Positions 12,909 to 26,294 of a DNA stretch of 55,220 nt are shown here, in pieces. Position numbers and translations under genes: made by a program. The notes below the pieces were generated by a model that worked only from the letters and a program-made list of their open reading frames with translations, made no database searches and was not told the origin of the DNA. The first letter of the stretch is position 1. The number at the start of each line of letters is the position of its first letter. This DNA comes from Octopus sinensis (lineage: Eukaryota): positions 1 to 55,220 of the forward strand of contig NW_021835289.1 of the NCBI RefSeq assembly GCF_006345805.1, given 5' to 3'.

Positions 12909-13197
12909 TGGAGGCGCAATGGCCCAGTGGTTAGGGCAGCGGGCTCGCGGTCATACGATTGCGGTTTCGAATCCAGGTGTTGTGAGTGTTTATTGAGCGA
13001 AAACACTTAAATCTCCACGAGGCTCCGGCAAAGGGTAGTGTCCTCTTTCACCACAACTTTCTCTCACTCTTTCTTCCTCTTTCTGTTGTATCTGTATTTG
13101 AAAGGGCCAGCCTTGTCACACTCTTTAAGGGTACGTGTGTCTGTGGAGTGCTCAGCCACGTTAATTTCTCGATTGGCTCAACTGGAACTCTCGTACC
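12909..13197 (+). mobile_element. Family C SINE (tail type 2)
   Basis: Full head tggaggcgcaatggcccagtgg; the tail tgtatttgaaagggccagccttg...cacgttaatttc resembles the tail at 51364. Confidence 0.85.
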
Positions 13198-13200
13198 GTA

Positions 13201-13231
<31 letters not shown>

Positions 13232-13274
13232 GATATATGAATATATATATATGTGTATGTGTATATATATATGT

Positions 13275-13510
13275 GGTCGGAGGATCGCGGTTTCGATTCC
13301 CAGACCGGGCGTTGTGTGTGTTTATTGAGCGAAAACACCTAAAGCTCCACGTAACTCCGGCAGTGGTGGGGGGCGGCGACCCCTGTTGTACTCTTTCACC
13401 ACACCTTTCTCTCACTCTCTCTTCCTGTTTCTTGGGTAACGCTGCGATGGACTGGCGTCCCGTCTAGATGGGGAAACCGGGCCCATGAGCCTGGCTAGGC
13501 TGGAAAAGGG
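13275..13510 (+). mobile_element. Family C SINE, 5'-truncated (tail type 3)
   Basis: Head/body match followed by gctgcgatggactggcgtcccgtc...ggaaaccggg. Confidence 0.8.
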
Positions 13511-13564
13511 TGTATAAATAATATATATATATATACATACATATATAGGTATTCATGTGTGTGC

Positions 13565-13776
13565 ATGTCTTTGTGACTGTGTATGTCCTCCCACCATTAT
13601 TTGAAAACCGATGTTGGTGTGTTTATGTCCCCGTTAACCTAGCGGTGAAATAAATACTAGGCCTACAAAGAATAAGTCTTGGATATGTATTCTTCGACTA
13701 AAAAAGAAATCCTTTGAGGCGGTGCTCCAGCATTGCCACAGTCAAATGACTGAAACAAGTAAAAGAATAAAGGAAT
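13565..13776 (+). mobile_element. Family A SINE 3' half
   Basis: accgatgttggtgtgtttatgtcccc...cagtcaaatgactgaaacaagtaaaag. Confidence 0.75.
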
Positions 13777-14140
13777 ATGTATGTACGTATAAACGGATGG
13801 ATGCATGTTTATACATGATACGTGAACTTCCTTCAAGAAAGTTCTTGCTACTCAATTATTTTGTGTTTTTAAAGAATTTTGAAAATATGATAAATAAATT
13901 TTAGGTTAACAAAATCTTTCTTCACGTCTTATACACACTGCCCCCCCACACACACTCACCCATTATATACTCACGTTTAGAAATATATGAACAAAATAGG
14001 AGAGTGCATTCGTCATGAATTATACGAGCTCACGCACTTTTTCACTTTTGATAAATATGAATGCACTTGAAGTTACGAATACTAACTCTTAGGCGATTTG
14101 GATCACACTGTATAAATACAAACGTATGTATGTATGTATG

Positions 14141-14173
<33 letters not shown>

Positions 14174-14309
14174 TGTATGTATGTATGTATTTATGTATGT
14201 ATGTATGTATGTATGTTTGTGTGTGAGTGTCTGAGTGTGTGTATGTGTGTATGTATATATATATATGTGTGTGTGTGTCTATTAATGCTTGCTTTTATAT
14301 ATATTTTTT

Positions 14310-14338
14310 ATATAATGATGATGATGATAATAATAATA

Positions 14339-14381
<43 letters not shown>

Positions 14382-14405
14382 TGATGATGATAATAATAAT
14401 AGTAC

Positions 14406-14438
<33 letters not shown>

Positions 14439-14535
14439 TGATGATAATGATATTAATAATAATAATAATAATGATAATAATAATAATAATAATAATGATA
14501 ATAATAACAATAATAATAATAATAATAATAATAAT

Positions 14536-14582
<47 letters not shown>

Positions 14583-14583
14583 T
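14310..14583. repeat. (AAT/GAT)n trinucleotide array
   Basis: Directly visible. Confidence 0.95.
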
Positions 14584-14704
14584 TAAACATAAATTTTCGT
14601 TAAATTGAAGAATCGCTAAATACACTTATTTACGTTAGAATTTATTTTTAAGAAGAATACTATTGACAGTAACTTCGAAATTTCTCCCAGCGGGCAGTGA
14701 TATA

Positions 14705-15139
14705 CAGTTATCCCTCGCCATATCGCGGTTCACCTATCACGGTTCACCTATCGCGGTTTATTATTCATGCTTACGTCGATTCCTCCGTGGCGTTGCTTTG
14801 CATTTATAATAAAAAAATATATATGTAAGGCGCAATGGCCTAGTGGTTAAAAAAGCGGACTCGCGGTCAGCAGGATCGCGGTTTCGATCTCAGACTGGGC
14901 GGATTGTGTCGAAAACACCTAAAAGCTCTACGGGTGAGGGGGTGGGATCCCTGCTGTACTCTTTCGCGATAATGGCGAGAAGCATGGCCCACTCAAGGCT
15001 GAAACTGAAAAACAAAAAAAAACAAAATGTAAAAATATAAAAATAAAATTAAAAATACGTACAGTACTGTTCTCGATCGCGATGTTCACCTATCGCGTGT
15101 GATTTTGTGGGCAACATTCGCGATGTCGAGAAATTACTG
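14705..15139. mobile_element. Tigger/pogo-type MITE with a nested family C SINE fragment (14827-14966)
   Basis: TA|cagttatccctcgccatatcgcg ... cgcgatgtcgagaaattactg|TA; internal repeats of ttcacctatcgcg. Confidence 0.75.
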
Positions 15140-16760
<1,621 letters not shown>

Positions 16761-17031
16761 TCTTTGATATCTTTCTTTCAATATTTGTTTCGAAACTTTT
16801 GTCTAACTAACCTTTCTTTCTTGAATTCTTTCTTACATTCCTTCTTTGTCTCGGTGATTTTTGAGAAATTCCAAATTTGGGTTCACTTCTCTCTTCTTTA
16901 AATTGCAACTAATTGATAGAATAGAAAGTGTAAAAATAGGACATAAACCAAAGAACATACACATACATACACGTACACACATCTACACATATATATGTCT
17001 GTGTGTATCCCTGTGTGTGTATACATACATA

Positions 17032-17071
<40 letters not shown>

Positions 17072-17075
17072 ATGG

Positions 17076-17114
<39 letters not shown>

Positions 17115-17607
17115 TGTGTGTATACATGTATACATGCATATATATATATATATGTGTGTGTACATGTATACATGCACGCTTATATACATATATACATACA
17201 ATCACTTATGTGTATGAATACATGTATGCGTATATAAATTACAGAACCTTTTTTTCCGCCCCTAAAAAAACCATCCACGCACAAAAGATATATACATGCA
17301 TACAACCACTACGGAGAATATGAAGCAAAATTCACTTCTCCCTCGCAGTAAAAATAAAATAAAATAAAATGGAATAAAATAAAATGAAATGAAATAAAAT
17401 AAAATAAAAAAAGTTAAATAACCGTAGCTAAAAAATGCCTCCAAAAGACTTTGAGCTTTGAAGTTTTCAAATATTTCTGGATTTATTTTCATTTTTCTTT
17501 GATATGTACAGCAATTTCAGGATACTGTCTTTAAAAATTTGTTTCGAGACCAGATTTTAATTAACTCAATTAATTGCGAATTTTTTCTTTCCAGTTTTCA
17601 ATTTTCA

Positions 17608-17883
17608 GTGTATGTATGTATGTATGTATGTATGTATGTATGTATGTATGTATGTATGTATGTATGTATGTATGTATTTATGTATGTATGTATGTATGTA
17701 TGTATGTATGTATGTATGTATGTATGTATGCATGTGTGTATGCATGTGTGTGTATGCTTGTATGAATGTGGGTGTGTATGCTTGTATGCATGCATGTATA
17801 TATGTATGTATGCATGTGGGAGTGTATGATTGTATGTGTGTGTATGTATGTAAATAAATATATATACATACACACATATATGC

Positions 17884-17920
<37 letters not shown>

Positions 17921-17960
17921 GATGTAGATATATACATACATACATACATACATACATACA

Positions 17961-17995
<35 letters not shown>
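17608..17995. repeat. (TATG)n ... (CATA)n microsatellites
   Basis: Directly visible; the two tracts face each other in opposite orientation. Confidence 0.9.
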
Positions 17996-17996
<1 letters not shown>

Positions 17997-18184
17997 TATT
18001 CACATATGTATATAGATATGTGTATTCATATATTAGTACAAATAGTTGAGGGCATTTAAATATGTATATACAAAAAATGTATGTATATATTTATGCAATG
18101 CGTATATATGTATTTATATATACATACATGCATATAGGTATCTGTGATATTTGGCTGTCTGCGTGAGTTTCTGCGTGCGTATAC

Positions 18185-18231
<47 letters not shown>

Positions 18232-18435
18232 TTTCAGTTCTTTCAAAAGAAAGAAAAGCAATAAAACAGACCCAAAACACTAACAACACAACGCACGAGT
18301 CCCAACAATAATTTCGGCCTATCTTGAAAGAGAATGTCTTCTCAATTGATAAGATATGTAGGTAGTTAAAATTAATTATCCATCTTCCAACAATTTACAT
18401 TTCCTCACCAAAGCACTAATAACACGCCCCCTATT

Positions 18436-19370
18436 CCCCCCTCTCTCTCTTTTTCTCTGTGTCTTTCGCTCTTTCTCTCTTTGTCTCTTTGTCTTTCTTT
18501 CTCTGTCTCTCTCTCTCTCTCTCCGTCTGTATATCTCTTTTTACCTCAACTTCTCTCGACTCTATTCTTGTTATCCTGCTCCTTCTCTTTACCCCCTGCA
18601 GCATTCTTTCGCCACCTCTTCCCCTTTCCCTTCCTCTTCTTCCTCCTTCACGTCTTTTTCTTCTTCTTCTTTCTTCTTTTTCTTCTTCTTCTTCTTTTCT
18701 TCTTCTTTCTTCTTCTCTTCTTTTCTTCTACTTCTTCTTCTTCTTCTTTTCTTCTTCTTCTTCTTCTCTTCTCTTCTTCTCGTCTTCTCTTCTCTTCTTT
18801 CTTCTTTCTTCTTCTTCTTCTTTTTCCTTTCTTTCTCTTCTTCCTTTTCTCTATTCTTCTTCTTCTTCTTTCTTTCCTTCTTTATTTTCTTTTATTTTCT
18901 TTCTTCTATTTTCTTTTCTATTTATTTCTTTTTCTATCTGTCTTTTCTTCTTCTTTTTCTTCATTTCTTTTCTTTATATTTTTTTTCATCTTTCTCTTTT
19001 CTTTTCTTCTTTCTTCTTCTTTTTTCTTCTCTTTCTCCTCTCTTCTATATTTCTTCTCTTCTCTTTTCTTTCTACTCTTTCTTTTCTTTTCTTCCTATTT
19101 CTACTTCTCTTTCTTTCTCTTCTTCTTTCTTTCTTTTCTTTTCTCTTTTTTTTTCTTTCTTTTCTTTCTTTCCCTATCTATTTTTTCTTCTTCTATTTTC
19201 TTTCTTTCTATTTCCGTGATTTCTAATAGTCTTTCTTTTCTTCTTTTCTTTCTATTCTTTCCTTTCTTTCTTTTTTTCTCTCTTAAGTTTTTCTTTGATA
19301 CTTCTTCTAACTTCTTTCTTCTTTTTCTTTTAGTCTTTTCTTCTTCTTTTTCTTCTTCTTCTTCTTCCGC
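18436..19370. repeat. ~0.9-kb polypyrimidine (CTT/CT-rich) tract
   Basis: The top strand is almost exclusively C/T. Confidence 0.95.
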
Positions 19371-19504
19371 CCCTCCTCATCATCATCCTCATCATCACCA
19401 CCATCATTATTGTCTTCTCCTCCCCCATCCTTCTCCTCGTCGTAGTCGTCGTCATGATCATGATCATGATCATCATGATCATCATGATCCTGATCATCAT
19501 CATG

Positions 19505-19537
<33 letters not shown>

Positions 19538-20340
19538 TTATTCTTCTTCCACTTCCTACACCACGTCGTCGTCGCCATCCGTCATCCCCCTCCTCTTCAT
19601 CTTCCTTCTTTCAGATTCTCCTCCCATTCTAGTCATTTCCCGCTCTGAACTTTCTCCCCATATAATGCAGGAATTTTGTACCTGTGTGTGTGTGTGAGGT
19701 GGGTGGGTTCTGGTAGGTGTTTGCGTGAGTGTGTGCGTGTGAGTGTGCGCTTGCGTGGAGTCTTTGTGTGCTTATGCATATGTATGCGTCTGTGTGTCTG
19801 TGTACGCACCTTTTGTTTGAGCAAGCGATAACACGTTTTTCTCGGGGTCTGCCACCACCGTCGCGCCCAAATCCACCGGCGATACCACCGACACCTTCAC
19901 ATCCCCACCTACACCACCACCATACTACCACAATTTCCATTATTACCACTACTGCCACCATCACTACAAAATGTTGCCACCCTCACCACCTTCACCACTA
20001 GCACCAACACCATTACGCAATCAGCACCACCGCCACCATAACCAGCACCATCACCAGCACCACCACTCCTACCATCAGGACCAGCATCACCACCACCACC
20101 ACAAACAACAACAATAACAACATCATCACAATACCATCTACCACCAGCACCAGCACCAGCACCAGCATCACCACCATGATCACCAGCACCAGCACCACCA
20201 GCATCACCACCACCACCACCACCACCACCAGCACCACCAAAAACAACAAGAACATCACCACAATCCCAACTATCACCACCACTACCACCACCAGCATGAC
20301 CAGCACTGCTAGCATCAGCATCCACCTCCACAATCATTAT
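19371..20340. repeat. (CAT)n and (CAC/CAG)n low-complexity trinucleotide tracts
   Basis: Directly visible. Confidence 0.85.
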
Positions 20341-21565
20341 CCCCAGCTTCTCCACCTCCTTACGTAAACCATACCATCGAGTAATGATTTCCCCTCGACT
20401 CTTTTGCATTTGCTGCGATTCTCAATCATATGAAATTATCTCTCTCTGAAAATATTTCCAGAATTGTTACGTAATTTTTAATGATATCATTATCATTAAT
20501 TATTGTTTCTACCTTTCTTTGTTTTCTATGCATATTCATATCTTGTTGTATTCGTATGCTTTTTGTATCATCTTTGTATGCTTTCTTTAGACACCACTCA
20601 TTTCTTTTTTTTTTTCATTTATTTATTTATATATTTATTTATTTGACAGCATCAGCAAACGAAGCTAGCATGACGAGCATTCCTGGAAATCCACGTTGTC
20701 CTTCTCTTTCACTTGATAATCATCATCGGTAGTTTGTCTGCCAGCCAATCCCAGTTAACCGAGGTCAACTTTAAGAACTATTTTCAGCTCCATACAATTA
20801 TTATCACCAACCACATTTCTTCACCTAATTCCCATCCTTAGTTTTCACCATATGTTTTGCACCAATGGAATTTTCTAATTTGCGATAAACTTTTGACGCA
20901 TTTCCTTAGGAAACCTTTCTTAGTTTCCATATCGAAGTTTTGTCATATCGTTATCATTTTCAACCAGACAATAGAGAATGAAGACTGTTCACCCGATAAG
21001 TTGACTATATTATGACTAAATTCCATGACGATCTAAGTTCACCCAGGCTCAGAAAACGCAGCTAAAGTCTTCTAAATTAGTTATTAACCACACTACCTGT
21101 CTAATTATTTCTGCCTTTACTTCTATGCTATAACTCACTGACACAGTAATTTTCTCTCTCATGCCCACCCATAATGCATTATTTTTTAAAATTTCCAATT
21201 ACACCAAGATTCTCTAGTCTCCTCATCTGTTCCTTGTTAGTTATCTTGCTGTTAAAAAAATGTGTTCAACTCACCATGTCGCTATCTACATATCCTATTT
21301 AAGTAGGATATGTAGATAGGTTTTTCTATGTCACTCTTCTGCGAACTTCTTGGGCAAAGTGTCGTGGGGCCTTGAATCGTAACTCGTCCAGTTTTCTTTT
21401 TTTTTCTTGAATCATTAACAAGTGAAGTTCTCCAAGTGCTGGTGACACTGAGAACGAGATATTTCGGATATGTTTACTTTCGTTCTAACCCTCGAAGGAA
21501 TTTCGACCGGTGCTTAGTTGAAATAGTGTAGCAGCTACCATGGTTTTCATTTCTGTCTCTGCTGT

Positions 21566-21943
21566 TGCTGTTGCTGTTGAGCGAACGGTCTTCGTCCCAG
21601 AGCTCGCAAGATGGGAGAAGTCCGAAACGTGGTCCTTTGCTATTCGTAAGACCCGCAGAAGAGAAAGCAGGTCCCCCGACATCGAGAGCATCGACGGATG
21701 GATGAATGCGCATCCAGGCTCAGCGGTTGCGTAGGAAGTCGGGGGCAAGAAACAGGAAGAAAGAGTGAGAGAAAGTTGGGGCGAAAGAGTACAACAGGGG
21801 TCGTCCCCCTCCCCTGCCGGAGCCTCGTGGAGCTTTAGTCGTTTTCGCTCAATAAACACACACAACGCCCGGTCTGGGAATCGAAACCGCGATCCTCCGA
21901 CCGCAAGTCCGCTGCCCTAACCACTGGGCCATTGCGCCTTCTG
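21566..21943 (-). mobile_element. Family C SINE (tail type 4) with 13-bp TSD
   Basis: TSD ctgtctctgctgt at 21553-21565 and 21944-21956; head on the minus strand, (ACAGCA)n-like tail. Confidence 0.9.
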
Positions 21944-21984
21944 CTGTCTCTGCTGTAGTCTGGTGTAACTTTTCTTTTTTCTCT

Positions 21985-22142
21985 GGTTTTCTCACATCAA
22001 AGTAGCCGGTTCTCAGCAGGTTATAACTGCAACACATGTAGCAGCAAAGCCTTCTGCCCTACTGGCTTTCTCACATCAAAGCAGTCGGCTGTCAGCAGAT
22101 TCTAACAGCCACACATGTAGAAACTAAGCCTTCCGCCCTACA
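21985..22142. repeat. Two 79-bp degenerate tandem units
   Basis: ttctcacatcaaag...acacatgtag...aagccttc repeated with 79-bp offset. Confidence 0.75.
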
Positions 22143-22620
22143 AACCAGTCCTAGTTTGATTGAATACCTGTCCGATTACACGGAAATGTACAACTCTGTG
22201 ACAACGTCGAAGAATTCGGCGGTGGATATCAGAATTTGGATTTCCATAATCCATTCACCCTCAAGTTCTTGCAGGTGACTTCCGCGCCCACAAACTAAAA
22301 AGGTAGAGACAGGCCATGGACCATCATTCAGCATCATTCAGTATCTTTTAACCTTACCCTTATGCTTATTTCGATTCGCACTGCAGCACAAACCTTTGGA
22401 TAATTATTTGTTATATTAGCTTTTTTTATTTCTTCTTATCTCATCCTTTACCTTAAACATCAAACCACCAAACACATGCGTTAATGTGTCTTCCTCGATT
22501 ATTTGAACATGCATCCGTCAAATTTTCTTCCCTGGACATCTAAGAAGCCCCCCCCCCCACCTACTTCAATAATGTTTGGAAAATAGAAATATATTTCTTT
22601 CTTACTCTTTTATTGATAAA

Positions 22621-23004
22621 CTAGCAGTATCGCCCGGCGTTGCTCGGTTTTGTAAGGGAAATAACTATAAAGCATTTTTAGAGAGTTATAGCCAAAAAAT
22701 TGCAAAAAAATGGGAAAACAATGATGGTAAATTTTTTTTTTAGTTAAAAAGGTCGAGTTACGTCCCCTAGACAGTCTGTGGTTTGTGTTTCTAATTCTCG
22801 ACCCCATGTCGAATTTATCGATTTTTTTTCAGAACTGGGGGAACTTTTCAAAATTTTCGCTGCGTTAGTTTTGAATTATGACATTGGGCTATGTGTGTGT
22901 CAAGTTTCATCAGAATCGGTTGAAAGCCGTGGTCAGGGTGAGGGTACAACCTAACAGACACACAGACACGCAGACAGACAAACTGCCGTTTATATAGAGA
23001 GAGA
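22621..23004 (-). mobile_element. Non-autonomous Helitron
   Basis: Minus strand A|TCtctctatataaacggcagtttgtctgtctg ... ccgagcaacgccggg (hairpin remnant) cgatactgCTAG|T. Confidence 0.8.
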
Positions 23005-23399
23005 TTACTCGAATAGAAACAATCACTTTTACAGTTCTTTTTTACTTTGCTTGGACTTGACTGGCGTTCAGTATTCCTTCTTTTATCACTTGAAACATTA
23101 ACAAACGACGAGTTGCTGCTGTTGTTGGCGATCTTTGGTTGTTATTTAACTTTGCATTTACACCGTTGTTTTGGCCGTTTTACTAGTAAAATTGTAACTG
23201 ACTGAGTTTATAACTCTTTCTATTTATTTAATTGTTATATTTTTTCTGTTTTTATATATTATATAAATATATTTTGTGTGTCCTCAAAAATTATTTTTCC
23301 CTAAGTGAATTCAGTAAAATAATGCAGAAATGTATAAGCGTAGGCATGACTATGTGGATAAAGAGCGCATTGGGATGTTCGCCAAGTTTATGGATTCGA

Positions 23400-23835
23400 A
23401 GAGACGGAAATGCGGTACGAACGTGAACCAGAGGTTGTGATGGTGAATGATAAATACAGGGTTTTATGGGATTTTTCCATGGATACTGACCATACTGTTG
23501 AAGTAAAAGAGATGAAATATGATTGTAGAGGTCAGAAAACAAAAAAAAACAAAATCAATGTGAGTATAGACTTTGCAATGCCAAATTATTTTAGAGTGGA
23601 TACAAAAGAAATTGAGAAAATAGAGAAATATGAAGACGTAGCCAGAGAGATAAAGAGAATGTAAAACACAAGGGTGAAAATTGTTTCTGTGGCAATTGGT
23701 GTTCTTGGCACAACATCTAAACCGTTGCCGAAGAAGTCAAAGAATATTGGAACTGAGACACGTATTGTCGAGTTGCAGATAAGTGCCTTTCTATATTCTG
23801 CAAGAATCCTAACAAAGAATCTTGAGATTTGAGAA
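23400..23835 (+). pseudogene. R4/Dong-clade LINE 3' fragment (restriction-like endonuclease)
   Basis: YEREPEVVMVNDKYRVLWDFSMDTDH...IDFAMP...KEIEKIEKYEDVAREIKRM...VAIGVLG. Confidence 0.75.
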
Positions 23836-23909
23836 AATTTGTTGTCACTTAAGACTGAGGTTAACATTCTAGCTAATTAGAATTAACATTTAATAGTCTT
23901 TGAATAATA

Positions 23910-24045
23910 ATGGCCGACAAAGACACATCTCTGAAAACGTTTGAAAAACTGAGCAAGTATAAGGACGCAGAGATTAAAATTAGAAGAATGTAGTCTCTCA
24001 AAACATCAACATTACCTGTTGTTATTGGAGCACTTGGAATGGTAT
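23910..24045 (+). pseudogene. Second R4/Dong-type endonuclease fragment
   Basis: ADKDTSLKTFEKLSKYKDAEIKIRRM*SLKTSTLPVVIGALGM. Confidence 0.7.
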
Positions 24046-24089
24046 GATATCAAGAGGAGCAAAAAAGTTGACAAGTACCTTACCCCCTT

Positions 24090-24312
24090 AAAGGGTAGTC
24101 GGGGCGCTGCAGCCATGCGATATATCTAGGGTGAGAAAGCCTGACGCAGCCCATCCCTCTCCAGTCTAAACTCATTTCTACAGCTGAGTGGACTGGAGCA
24201 ATGCGAAATGAAATATTTTGCTCAAGAATACAACGCATCACCCGGTCCAGGAATCGAAGCCATGATCTTACGGTCGTAAGTCCAACTCCCTAACCACTAA
24301 GCCACGCGCCTC
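24090..24312 (-). mobile_element. Family B-type SINE
   Basis: tRNA-like head plus ttcttgagcaaaatattt...ttgctccagtccactcagctg central motif on the minus strand. Confidence 0.7.
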
Positions 24313-24596
24313 GACACGCAAACACGTATGTAGATCAAATCCCTGGCAGCTCCATACTTATGGGCATCTCAAATATTCTACATAAAGATTCCTCTCCATG
24401 TAAATGAAACCTTACTCTGTGTTTTTTTTCTCCTACAGACATCAGCAATTATAATTGCATTGAATTTCATCTGTAAACATTTTCGGATGCAAAACTTCGT
24501 TGTTCCTCAACGTCTCTGGTTCAGGCTTCGGTGCAACTCAAATAAATTGAAGCAAAAATTGAAACCTAACAGCAACAACAATACCAATAGTAACGA

Positions 24597-24807
24597 CACT
24601 TTCTATTATAGGTATAAGGCGCGAAATTTGGGGGAGGGGGATAGTCGATCACATCGACCCCAGTACTCAGCTAGTACTTAATTTATCGACCCCGAAAGAA
24701 TGAACGGTAAAGTTGACTCGGCGGAATTTGAACATAGAACGTTGCGACGGGCGAAATACCGCTAAGCATTTCGTCCAGCGTGCTAACAATTCTGCCAGCT
24801 CGCCGCT

Positions 24808-24809
<2 letters not shown>
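24597..24809 (-). mobile_element. tRNA-headed SINE, family F
   Basis: Minus strand gcggcgagctggcagaattgttagcacg...gttcaaattccgccgagtcaacttt; embedded in (AAT)n. Confidence 0.8.
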
Positions 24810-24871
<62 letters not shown>

Positions 24872-24908
24872 TAATAACAATAATGATAATAATAATAATG
24901 ATAATAAT

Positions 24909-25112
24909 CCTTTCTACTGGAATCACAAGGCCTCAAATCTGGGGAAAAGGAGTAAGTCGATTACGTCGACCCCAGTGCGTAACTGGTGCTTATCTAATTG
25001 ATCCCGAAAGGATGAAAGGCAAAGTCGACCTCGGTGGAATTTGAATCCAGAACCTAGCGGTAGATGAAATACCGCTAAGCATTTTGCACGGCGTGCTAAT
25101 GATTCTGTCAGC
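24909..25112 (-). mobile_element. Family F SINE
   Basis: Second tandem copy between (AAT)n tracts. Confidence 0.8.
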
Positions 25113-25129
25113 ATATAGTCATAATAATA

Positions 25130-25181
<52 letters not shown>

Positions 25182-25221
25182 TTAATGATGATGATGATGA
25201 TGATAATAATGATAATGATAG

Positions 25222-25597
25222 AAAGAACATGTGTGATAATCGACCTAGCACGCCCCGGTGACAACACAATCAAAGAAGAAAAAAGATGAAGAAAAATTCA
25301 ACAACTATGACAATTTGAAGTGGGAAATACGAAGGTCGTGGTCAATGAAGAGAGTAGACGTGATACGAATAGTAATTTGTGCACTTGGAAGTATCAGCAC
25401 TCAACTACCAACATGGCTGAAAATGATTGGTGCAAGTGTGAAGGTAGAACACCTGCAAAAATCAGCATTGCTTGGAACTGCAAGAATTCTTCGCAGGGTT
25501 CTTGAAGCATGACCAGTAAACAAGTATCACCTTAGTCTGCTGGCTGTGGACAGCTGACACTTTTCATCATATCCAGCAAAATAAGCTGTGGGTTTTC

Positions 25598-25600
<3 letters not shown>
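25222..25600 (+). pseudogene. R4/Dong-clade LINE 3' end flanked by (TAA)n
   Basis: VIIDLARPGD...EKFNNYDNLKWEIRRSWSMKRVDVIRIVICALG...LQKSALLGTARILRRVLEA*, short 3' UTR, then (AAT)n. Confidence 0.85.
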
Positions 25601-25654
<54 letters not shown>

Positions 25655-25770
25655 CAACAACAACAACAACAATAATAATAACAACAACAACAACAACAAC
25701 AATAATAATAACAACAACAACAACCACAACAACAACAATAATAATAACAACAACAACAATAATGATAATA

Positions 25771-26210
25771 GCAAATATTCTGCTCAATACCACAGATTTG
25801 CTTGTCAGTTGTTTGACCTTAACCAGTTGAGCATGTCCCTTAGTGGCTGACGATATGTGCATCTCTGATCACAAGCAGAAGTAGTGAGGGAGCATCATAG
25901 CCATGTGTTGAAAGGAATTCTTTAGGGTTTGAACAATTCACTTCTGAAAACATTGGTGTTTCGTTCAACATCCTTAAACAACCCTTATTCAAGGACCTTT
26001 TGAGTGGGATGGGTTACTCGACCAGAAAAAATTCTAACTGGGCCCCACCTGCAAGGTCGTGTGCTGTTTATCTTGATATGAGATCACCATGTCGCGCACA
26101 TATGGTTGTGATGCATGTGCCCTTATCAGACGGCTAGTCACGATGGGTATACTGGGCTTCGTATATTTTATCCCAGTGTCACTTTGATGGCATGCACTGC
26201 TCTCTCACTC
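25771..26210 (+). mobile_element. Family E non-coding (TAA)n-associated element, 5'-truncated
   Basis: Matches copies at 35766, 39269, 39937 and 40566; ends ...gcactgctctctcactc(AAT)n. Confidence 0.85.
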
Positions 26211-26269
<59 letters not shown>

Positions 26270-26294
26270 TGATGATGATGATGATGATGATGAT

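Noticed and set aside
18459-19632. Longest ORFs in the track (255 and 383 aa, F/L/S-rich)
   Set aside because: Pure translation of the CTT-rich polypyrimidine tract; no domain signal.
21605-21642. gga-gaag-tcc-GAAAC-gtg-GTC in the SINE tail
   Set aside because: The CUGANGA box is absent and the motif is antisense to the SINE; likely coincidence.
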